DNA from: Planctomycetales bacterium
GTDB taxonomy: Bacteria > 4484-113 > JAFGCY01
Length of the DNA: 32,000 nucleotides
NCBI GenBank assembly: GCA_022646745.1
Contig: CP060262.1
Location: 1,890,001-1,922,000, forward strand
Direction: 5' to 3'
Both the position numbers and the translations under genes were made by a program. Positions 1 to 8,100 of the stretch are shown here, piece by piece. Position 1 is the first letter of the stretch, and each line of letters begins with the position of its first letter. The notes beneath the pieces were generated by a model, which saw only the letters and a list, made by a program, of their open reading frames with translations, did not search any database and was not told the DNA's origin.

Positions 1-2737
1 CCGTCTCTGAGAATGAGATCGGCAAGCTCAGTGCTGAGCAGCAGGCACTGCTTTCAGACGCGGGCTGGAACCAGCCCTACATCGTCCCCAAGGCCGGCAC
101 CCCGATCCAGGGCCCGAGCCATGAGATGCTGATGGCACAGCTTCGTGAGATGGCTGAGCGCGGCGTCGAGATGCTGCCCCGCGGCGTCGAGGGAGAAGGC
201 ACGAAGGGAGCCAGCTGGCTGGACCAGCGCGGCTTCAACCCGGGCGTTGACAGTGGCCTTGTGAAGGGCCAGTACAAGCCCGCCGACACCGGCGCCAACG
301 GCGTGCCGGACTTCGGTTGCAACGCCTCCGGTGCGCTGATGGCTGACAACGGCCAGTCCGACATCGAGGACGTGATCTTCGCCTACGGCGGCAGCATGCC
401 GGCCCAGGCGATCAGCTGGGTGGCTGAGGGTCTGTCGACCATCAACCACTTCAACAGCGTCGGTGGTGGTGGTGACGATGCGTACACCGCCGTTTACCAG
501 CTGTTCGCTGACAGCGAGACCGCGAACCCGAGCAACCAGGGCAACAACGACATCGGTGAGATCGGCTACCGTGCCGACCTCGGCCCCTACGGCATCGGTT
601 ACGGCCAGGGCAGCGGCCCCAGCGGCACGCTGTGCGACGGAACCGCCTACGGTGTCCGCAATGCGTTCTGGATGACCTTCAACGAGAAGTTCTTCGCCCT
701 GCCGAGCGGCCAGGCGACTGCCCTGTACAACGTGCTGATCGCCCCCAGCGGTGATGAGGGTGCGGACCAGGTCAGCCCGATGGACACCTCCGCAAACTTC
801 CAGACCTTCTACTTTGGCAACGTGTCCTCCTGCTACGGGGATGCGATGATCGTCGGCATCAACGCAGCTGACAGCGGTTGCGACATGTTCGACGAGGCCT
901 CCAATGCGCCGTGGCAGGACCGTACGGCGGATGGCAACAGCTACCCGAACATCCTGCACAACCCGATCTTCGGCGTGATCCTGGCCCGCTGGGCCGGCGG
1001 CAACGCCAACTCGGACAGCCAGTTCTTCGGCGACGGCAGCTTCCCGAGTGCGGCGAGCATCGTCGGCTGGCCCGTGGCCCGTCCGTTCGCATACAACAAC
1101 GGCGCCGCGCTGCTCAATGCCAACGGTGCCTACTACGCCTTCGGCCAGTTCTTCGAGAAGGGTTTCATGTGGTGGATCGACTACGACCAGAACAGCAACC
1201 CGACCGCGAGCGACGAAGCGCAGATGTACGTCTACGATGGCAACAACACCTTCTGCGAGGGTGAGTACTCCAAGGTCGAGCCCGACGTGTTCTACGGCGG
1301 CGCTGGCGACCTCGGTGTCGGCGTGACCGTTGACGGCGTGCGCTACGGTGCCGGCGACTGGTCCGCCCCGCAGCTGTCCGACGACGGTACCTATTACCAG
1401 ATCGGCATGCTGCTGGACGAGAACACCGGCATCAGCAGCGTGACCATCGCTGCCAGCGCGCACGGCTTCGGCGGTGTGACGGCTGACGGTGCCGATGTGG
1501 GCCACCCCGAGTGGGGCGCCTGCCTGTACAAGCACAGCACATGGTCATGGCGTGACGGTACGGTCACGGCAGCCGGCACGGCCTTCGATCCGAGCCAGTT
1601 CGCCCGTACCCACACCTACAGCAGCAATGCGATCAAGACCAATGTCGAGGGTGTGTACACGATCCGTAACCAGGTCGTGGACGCCGATGACAACATCGCC
1701 TACGGTGACAGCCTTCCGATGCACCTCGGACACGGCGGCGCCGGTGGTGGCGGTGGCGACACCGAAGTCTGGGTCATCCGCAACGACGGCGGTGACTTCC
1801 AGCTCAACCTCGACGCCCTGACCGGCGACCTTGACGCCCTTGGCGTTGGCTACAGCGTGGTCGACTACAGCGCAACCGTCGCTGACGACTTCGCTGCCAA
1901 CCCGAACGCGAAGGTCGCGATCTGGTACCGTGGTGGACCGGGTGGCGCGGGTGAGTCCGCGACCTACACCACCGCCTGGACCAGCGGTGAGATGGACAAC
2001 TACATCCAGCTGATGAGCGACGGCTTCGGCGTGATGCTGATGAGCCAGAACCACGGCTACGATGGAGACCTGTTCTTCACCAACGGCTGGAGTGGCATCT
2101 ACGGTTATGCGACCCTGCCGGCCTCCGTCCCGGATGCCGACCGCCGCATGCCCTGGGCCTCCAGCCTGTGCACCGATGACGGTATCGGTTTCGGTGGAAC
2201 CCTTGGTTTCATCCCGACCGCCCCGAGCAACTTCATCGGTAACCCGAGCGGCGCGAACTTCGGTGCCGACGGTACCAACGCCGCGGAGCGCTACACCGGT
2301 AGTGGTTCCTCGGGTGAGCTGCCGATCAGCTTCGGCATGGCAACCGGCCGCCAGTACTGCGGTATCGGTTACTACAGCTCCTTCTTCGCGGGCTCCTGCG
2401 CAGGTCCGGCCTTCCGTGCCGGTATCGGCCACCAGCCCAACGCGCTTGGCTTCGACCTGGGCTTCCTGTCCTGGGGTAACAGCCAGGCCCCGGATGCCAA
2501 CATCGGCTTCTTCCCGAGCTACAGCCACAGCTTCGGCACCGGCAAGGTGTGGAACGTGGGCTACAGCTGGGCAGGCACCAGTGTGACGGCTTCCGCTTCC
2601 GGCACGATGGACCGCGCCGACCTGCTGAACAACATCCTCGGTTGGCTGGATGACAGCCTGACCTTCGGTGGTGGCGGCGGCGGTGGCGCCGGCTTCGAGG
2701 AGTACGATGGTCCTCCGGAGATCGTCTGCGTGACCCC
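1..2737 (+). repeat. Copy 1 of a >=2.7-kb near-identical intragenic repeat (5' part of the giant lipoprotein genes).
   Basis: The sense-frame protein and several off-frame ORF translations are letter-identical to those at +5356 (e.g. 54-1535 vs 5410-6891, 2062-2586 vs 7418-7942). The only A/B difference I found is T1895 vs C7251 (GCT/GCC, synonymous). The first divergent base is 2738 (g) vs 8094 (c). Confidence 0.9.
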
Positions 2738-4829
2738 GATCGCCTGGGACAAGGTGAACGGTGCTGTGACGCAGGGTACCGCCGGTGTGGGTGGCCAGAA
2801 CTACCCCGACCCGAACGGTTCCAACGTCTTCGGTCCGGATGTGACCCCCGGCTTTGACTACGCTGTTGAGTACGACACCGGCGTCCGCACCCCGGGCGAC
2901 GATGACGGCGGCCTGAATGGCAACGACATGGACTTCCAGTTCCCGTTCTACGGCTTCCTGCAGTGGGACGACACCCTCGGCGCCATCCCCGGCGACGTGG
3001 AGGCTGCTGAGATCATCGATGTCAACTACAGCGGTATCGCCCTGAGCGACATCTCCGCTGACTGGACCAAGTTCTCCGCCCCCTACGGTGGTGTGTTTGA
3101 TCCTTCCGCCCTCGGCCTCCGTCCGGCAGCCGCCTGGTTCCTGACCGAGACCGACAACTTCGGTAACATCAACACCGCCAGCTACGGCGATGCCTTTGGC
3201 CCGAACCTGACCTTCAGCAATGACGACGACCTGGTTGCCACCGAGGCGATCGCGCACTGGGCACAGGGCACGATGTACGGCGGTTCCCCGGCGTACCTCG
3301 CCTGGGCGATGTATCCCGGCCATAAGTCCGTCCAGTTCGACAACGCTGACATCGCCGTGGGTTACTACGGTGAGGGCGACGTGCTGTGGGAGGACTTCAT
3401 CGCCGACCACGACATCCAGGTCGGACGTGACCTGTGGGCCTACCTGCGCAGTGACTACTCCTTCACCACCCCCGGTGAGGGCCGCACGGTTGACTTCGAC
3501 TACAACACCGTATTCGGTTTCAACGGCGACCTGAACCGCAACGGCGTGGCCGGAGAGGCCGCTGACAAGTTCCCGGTGCGTGTCCGCTTCTTCACTGATG
3601 TGGATGCCTACGACGACTACTTCGATGACCTGAACGGTTACCCGAACTTCTGGCCTGATGGCGACTCCTTCATCGAGGGTGGTTGCTACATGGTGGACAA
3701 CGGACTGCCGAACTACCCGGTCAGCATCTTTGACGATTCCGACGAGGATGATCCGAAGGACACCGTCTCCGGCAGTGGCCCGGACTACAACGTCGCCCTG
3801 TACTTCGAGCTGGCCTTCGGCGTCGGCCCGTACGACGTGGAACTCGACTGGGATTACGACTTCATCGGCTGGGGCAACAGCGGTTACACCATGACCCTGC
3901 CCAACAGCCCGTTTGCCAACAATGGCAAGCTTTCCGATGTCGTGAACGTTGACCCGACCCCGGCTGGCGGCGACGGGGACTACTTCTTCGCCCTGCAGGT
4001 GACCGACAGTTCAGTTCCTGCTCGCACGGATGAGTTCTTCTGGCCCGATGCGGTGCCGCTGCAGCCCAGCCTGAGCTACCTTGTGGTGGATGACAGCACG
4101 CAGAGCGGTGACCTGAGCGCCAGCCAGTGCGCCACTGCCCTGACGACCATCTACGGCAGCCCCGTGTCCGTTGTCAACAGTGCCACGCTGAGCCCCGGTG
4201 ACCTGAATGGTTATTCAGTGGTCGTCTGGTGCACCAACCACCGCTTCAACAACTCCGGCGGTACGGGTCCGGGAATTGTCCAGTCTGACTATGACGTGAT
4301 CGCACCGTACATGGACCAGGGTGGTAACCTCGTGATGTTCTGGCCCTGCCAGGGACCATTCAGTGGTACGACGCAGATTTACTACAACCAGGGACAGATC
4401 GACCTGTGCAAGGACTACCTCGGTTACATCAACTCGACCTTCCGGATGTACTACCGCAACGGCACATCCTCAAGCTACGATCCGCACATCACGGATAGCG
4501 GACTGAGTATCGGCCCCGGCGCGAGCAACATGAACTACATTGATCGCAACGGTTCCAACCCCGGATACTACTGCGGATACTTCAATGATTCGGACCTGAC
4601 CGGTTCTGACGCGGCCTGGTCGTTCACGTCCTCCCGCCGGATCATCCAGCGTTACGACTCAAACGGAGCTTCGGAGGGCGGAGTGGCCCTGGTCAACCAG
4701 TTCTACTTCTGGAATTCCGAAGCGACCTCCTCACTGAGCGGTTCCCCGCTTGGTGGCAGTGTCGCAGCGTCCCAGGTGATCATGTTGAAGAACATGCTCA
4801 ACTACATGGACCCGCTGCTGCTGCCCTAG
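1..4829 (+). CDS. Giant secreted lipoprotein, paralog A. 5' end lies outside the window (reading frame 3). Unknown family, C-terminal cassette type 1.
   Basis: The ORF is open from the window edge; codons read from nt 3 (VSENEIGKLSAEQQ...). The ATG at 126 in the ORF track is internal. Nt 1-2737 match nt 5357-8093 of paralog B, which has a lipoprotein signal peptide upstream. Stop is TAG at 4827-4829, followed by a rho-independent terminator. Composition is rich in G/D/N/Y/F/W and poor in K/R, with three poly-Gly linkers. Confidence 0.85.
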   Translation, partial: VSENEIGKLSAEQQALLSDAGWNQPYIVPKAGTPIQGPSHEMLMAQLREMAERGVEMLPRGVEGEGTKGASWLDQRGFNPGVDSGLVKGQYKPADTGANGVPDFGCNASGALMADNGQSDIEDVIFAYGGSMPAQAISWVAEGLSTINHFNSVGGGGDDAYTAVYQLFADSETANPSNQGNNDIGEIGYRADLGPYGIGYGQGSGPSGTLCDGTAYGVRNAFWMTFNEKFFALPSGQATALYNVLIAPSGDEGADQVSPMDTSANFQTFYFGNVSSCYGDAMIVGINAADSGCDMFDEASNAPWQDRTADGNSYPNILHNPIFGVILARWAGGNANSDSQFFGDGSFPSAASIVGWPVARPFAYNNGAALLNANGAYYAFGQFFEKGFMWWIDYDQNSNPTASDEAQMYVYDGNNTFCEGEYSKVEPDVFYGGAGDLGVGVTVDGVRYGAGDWSAPQLSDDGTYYQIGMLLDENTGISSVTIAASAHGFGGVTADGADVGHPEWGACLYKHSTWSWRDGTVTAAGTAFDPSQFARTHTYSSNAIKTNVEGVYTIRNQVVDADDNIAYGDSLPMHLGHGGAGGGGGDTEVWVIRNDGGDFQLNLDALTGDLDALGVGYSVVDYSATVADDFAANPNAKVAIWYRGGPGGAGESATYTTAWTSGEMDNYIQLMSDGFGVMLMSQNHGYDGDLFFTNGWSGIYGYATLPASVPDADRRMPWASSLCTDDGIGFGGTLGFIPTAPSNFIGNPSGANFGADGTNAAERYTGSGSSGELPISFGMATGRQYCGIGYYSSFFAGSCAGPAFRAGIGHQPNALGFDLGFLSWGNSQAPDANIGFFPSYSHSFGTGKVWNVGYSWAGTSVTASASGTMDRADLLNNILGWLDDSLTFGGGGGGGAGFEEYDGPPEIVCVTPIAWDKVNGAVTQGTAGVGGQNYPDPNGSNVFGPDVTPGFDYAVEYDTGVRTPGDDDGGLNGNDMDFQFPFYGFLQWDDTLGAIPGDVEAAEIIDVNYSGIALSDISADWTKFSAPYGGVFDPSALGLRPAAAWFLTETDNFGNINTASYGDAFGPNLTFSNDDDLVATEAIAHWAQGTMYGGSPAYLAWAMYPGHKSVQFDNADIAVGYYGEGDVLWEDFIADHDIQVGRDLWAYLRSDYSFTTPGEGRTVDFDYNTVFGFNGDLNRNGVAGEAADKFPVRVRFFTDVDAYDDYFDDLNGYPNFWPDGDSFIEGGCYMVDNGLPNYPVSIFDDSDEDDPKDTVSGSGPDYNVALYFELAFGVGPYDVELDWDYDFIGWGNSGYTMTLPNSPFANNGKLSDVVNVDPTPAGGDGDYFFALQVTDSSVPARTDEFFWPDAVPLQPSLSYLVVDDSTQSGDLSASQCATALTTIYGSPVSVVNSATLSPGDLNGYSVVVWCTNHRFNNSGGTGPGIVQSDYDVIAPYMDQGGNLVMFWPCQGPFSGTTQIYYNQGQIDLCKDYLGYINSTFRMYYRNGTSSSYDPHITDSGLSIGPGASNMNYIDRNGSNPGYYCGYFNDSDLTGSDAAWSFTSSRRIIQRYDSNGASEGGVALVNQFYFWNSEATSSLSGSPLGGSVAASQVIMLKNMLNYMDPLLLP

Positions 4830-4870
4830 TGCAAGCTGCCTGAGCCTGGTCGGCTGAACTGACCAAACCG

Positions 4871-4900
4871 GCCCCGGAGTCACTGGCTCCGGGGCTTTTT
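4871..4900 (+). terminator. Rho-independent terminator of giant paralog A.
   Basis: Stem gccccggag (4871-4879), loop tcactgg, stem ctccggggc (4887-4895), then ttttt (4896-4900). Confidence 0.8.
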
Positions 4901-5016
4901 CATTTCCGGATGTTGCAGAGAGGAAATTCTCAGCAGATACATATAAGTAAAGTACGGTCAAGTGATCATCTGCTTAATCGGATCAATCGAACCCTTTACC
5001 TTTCCTTAACGATGGG

Positions 5017-5046
5017 GTTATAGTCTAGGTGCACAGCATATAGGTA
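5017..5046 (+). promoter_or_regulatory. Putative promoter and conserved transcript-start block for giant paralog B.
   Basis: GTTATAGT-N6-GCACAGCATATAGGTA sits in an AT-rich island. The same block with the same N6 spacing recurs upstream of paralog C at 15619-15648. TATAGT (5019-5024) is a 5/6 match to the -10 consensus TATAAT. A possible -35, TTTACC, lies at 4995-5000 (N18 spacing). The implied 5' UTR is about 140 nt. Confidence 0.35.
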
Positions 5047-5172
5047 AACGGGCCAACGAACGCAGGAGGAACACGCATGCGTGTCAGTGCCTTAATGGGG
5101 CTACCTAGCGCAATCGCGCGCCATCTTCTTCGTTCTTACCCACTTTCATCCCACACCCTTACAGGAGTTTGT

Positions 5173-8100
5173 ATGAAGACTCATGTGAACTGGTGTAAGC
5201 ACCTCGGGCTAACGCTTGTGGCGCTTACGGTAGTCTTCGTAGCAGCTTCCTGCGGTGGTAACGGCGGTGGTATCTCGGCGAATGTCGAGACCCAGACCGG
5301 TACCTCCAACACCGTGATCGACGGAGGTCGTAACGGTGTTGTATCAGCGGAGCTTACCGTCTCTGAGAATGAGATCGGCAAGCTCAGTGCTGAGCAGCAG
5401 GCACTGCTTTCAGACGCGGGCTGGAACCAGCCCTACATCGTCCCCAAGGCCGGCACCCCGATCCAGGGCCCGAGCCATGAGATGCTGATGGCACAGCTTC
5501 GTGAGATGGCTGAGCGCGGCGTCGAGATGCTGCCCCGCGGCGTCGAGGGAGAAGGCACGAAGGGAGCCAGCTGGCTGGACCAGCGCGGCTTCAACCCGGG
5601 CGTTGACAGTGGCCTTGTGAAGGGCCAGTACAAGCCCGCCGACACCGGCGCCAACGGCGTGCCGGACTTCGGTTGCAACGCCTCCGGTGCGCTGATGGCT
5701 GACAACGGCCAGTCCGACATCGAGGACGTGATCTTCGCCTACGGCGGCAGCATGCCGGCCCAGGCGATCAGCTGGGTGGCTGAGGGTCTGTCGACCATCA
5801 ACCACTTCAACAGCGTCGGTGGTGGTGGTGACGATGCGTACACCGCCGTTTACCAGCTGTTCGCTGACAGCGAGACCGCGAACCCGAGCAACCAGGGCAA
5901 CAACGACATCGGTGAGATCGGCTACCGTGCCGACCTCGGCCCCTACGGCATCGGTTACGGCCAGGGCAGCGGCCCCAGCGGCACGCTGTGCGACGGAACC
6001 GCCTACGGTGTCCGCAATGCGTTCTGGATGACCTTCAACGAGAAGTTCTTCGCCCTGCCGAGCGGCCAGGCGACTGCCCTGTACAACGTGCTGATCGCCC
6101 CCAGCGGTGATGAGGGTGCGGACCAGGTCAGCCCGATGGACACCTCCGCAAACTTCCAGACCTTCTACTTTGGCAACGTGTCCTCCTGCTACGGGGATGC
6201 GATGATCGTCGGCATCAACGCAGCTGACAGCGGTTGCGACATGTTCGACGAGGCCTCCAATGCGCCGTGGCAGGACCGTACGGCGGATGGCAACAGCTAC
6301 CCGAACATCCTGCACAACCCGATCTTCGGCGTGATCCTGGCCCGCTGGGCCGGCGGCAACGCCAACTCGGACAGCCAGTTCTTCGGCGACGGCAGCTTCC
6401 CGAGTGCGGCGAGCATCGTCGGCTGGCCCGTGGCCCGTCCGTTCGCATACAACAACGGCGCCGCGCTGCTCAATGCCAACGGTGCCTACTACGCCTTCGG
6501 CCAGTTCTTCGAGAAGGGTTTCATGTGGTGGATCGACTACGACCAGAACAGCAACCCGACCGCGAGCGACGAAGCGCAGATGTACGTCTACGATGGCAAC
6601 AACACCTTCTGCGAGGGTGAGTACTCCAAGGTCGAGCCCGACGTGTTCTACGGCGGCGCTGGCGACCTCGGTGTCGGCGTGACCGTTGACGGCGTGCGCT
6701 ACGGTGCCGGCGACTGGTCCGCCCCGCAGCTGTCCGACGACGGTACCTATTACCAGATCGGCATGCTGCTGGACGAGAACACCGGCATCAGCAGCGTGAC
6801 CATCGCTGCCAGCGCGCACGGCTTCGGCGGTGTGACGGCTGACGGTGCCGATGTGGGCCACCCCGAGTGGGGCGCCTGCCTGTACAAGCACAGCACATGG
6901 TCATGGCGTGACGGTACGGTCACGGCAGCCGGCACGGCCTTCGATCCGAGCCAGTTCGCCCGTACCCACACCTACAGCAGCAATGCGATCAAGACCAATG
7001 TCGAGGGTGTGTACACGATCCGTAACCAGGTCGTGGACGCCGATGACAACATCGCCTACGGTGACAGCCTTCCGATGCACCTCGGACACGGCGGCGCCGG
7101 TGGTGGCGGTGGCGACACCGAAGTCTGGGTCATCCGCAACGACGGCGGTGACTTCCAGCTCAACCTCGACGCCCTGACCGGCGACCTTGACGCCCTTGGC
7201 GTTGGCTACAGCGTGGTCGACTACAGCGCAACCGTCGCTGACGACTTCGCCGCCAACCCGAACGCGAAGGTCGCGATCTGGTACCGTGGTGGACCGGGTG
7301 GCGCGGGTGAGTCCGCGACCTACACCACCGCCTGGACCAGCGGTGAGATGGACAACTACATCCAGCTGATGAGCGACGGCTTCGGCGTGATGCTGATGAG
7401 CCAGAACCACGGCTACGATGGAGACCTGTTCTTCACCAACGGCTGGAGTGGCATCTACGGTTATGCGACCCTGCCGGCCTCCGTCCCGGATGCCGACCGC
7501 CGCATGCCCTGGGCCTCCAGCCTGTGCACCGATGACGGTATCGGTTTCGGTGGAACCCTTGGTTTCATCCCGACCGCCCCGAGCAACTTCATCGGTAACC
7601 CGAGCGGCGCGAACTTCGGTGCCGACGGTACCAACGCCGCGGAGCGCTACACCGGTAGTGGTTCCTCGGGTGAGCTGCCGATCAGCTTCGGCATGGCAAC
7701 CGGCCGCCAGTACTGCGGTATCGGTTACTACAGCTCCTTCTTCGCGGGCTCCTGCGCAGGTCCGGCCTTCCGTGCCGGTATCGGCCACCAGCCCAACGCG
7801 CTTGGCTTCGACCTGGGCTTCCTGTCCTGGGGTAACAGCCAGGCCCCGGATGCCAACATCGGCTTCTTCCCGAGCTACAGCCACAGCTTCGGCACCGGCA
7901 AGGTGTGGAACGTGGGCTACAGCTGGGCAGGCACCAGTGTGACGGCTTCCGCTTCCGGCACGATGGACCGCGCCGACCTGCTGAACAACATCCTCGGTTG
8001 GCTGGATGACAGCCTGACCTTCGGTGGTGGCGGCGGCGGTGGCGCCGGCTTCGAGGAGTACGATGGTCCTCCGGAGATCGTCTGCGTGACCCCCATCTCC

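Noticed and set aside
108-140. Zinc-metalloprotease HExxH motif at GPSHEMLMAQ.
   Set aside because: The sequence is H-E-M-L-M. The second His is missing, so it is not a zincin motif.
2025-2180. Caspase-like or gingipain-like (clan CD) His-Gly ... Cys dyad: VMLMSQNHG, then 39 residues, then PWASSLCTDDG.
   Set aside because: The pattern is suggestive only. The Cys is not preceded by a clear hydrophobic strand, the look-alike domain in cassette A does not conserve these positions, and I cannot run a profile search. An HMM hit to Peptidase_C25, C11 or C13 would revive the idea.
2738-4061. Diversity-generating retroelement (template/variable repeat) as the source of the variable region.
   Set aside because: No reverse transcriptase gene lies in the window. 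Substitutions between copies involve all four bases (e.g. g/t, g/a, c/t within 2738-2770) rather than being adenine-specific.
4989-5015. ECF-type promoter (GAACCC-N16-...) upstream of giantB, similar to the GGGAACCC upstream of the sigma gene.
   Set aside because: No matching -10 element follows, and there is no equivalent GAACC motif in the corresponding position upstream of giantC.
5077-5172. N-terminal extensions given by the ORF track: 5077 for giantB, 15650 for giantC, 10042 for ank1, 11564 for FGGAP1.
   Set aside because: Internal ATGs at 5173, 15758, 10141 and 11708 sit behind RBS-like purine-rich sequences (AGGAG, TAGGAGAG, GGGAGA; weaker for 11708) and give canonical signal peptide plus lipobox N-termini. 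The extensions are not conserved between paralogs, and the one at 10042 overlaps a terminator hairpin.
4830-5172. Mobile-element boundaries (IS, integrase, terminal inverted repeats) at the duplication junctions 4830-5172, 15431-15757 and 25755-26094.
   Set aside because: There are no transposase or integrase ORFs and no terminal inverted or flanking direct repeats that I could see. The junctions look like ordinary terminator-plus-promoter spacers, so the amplification is better explained by homologous or unequal recombination.
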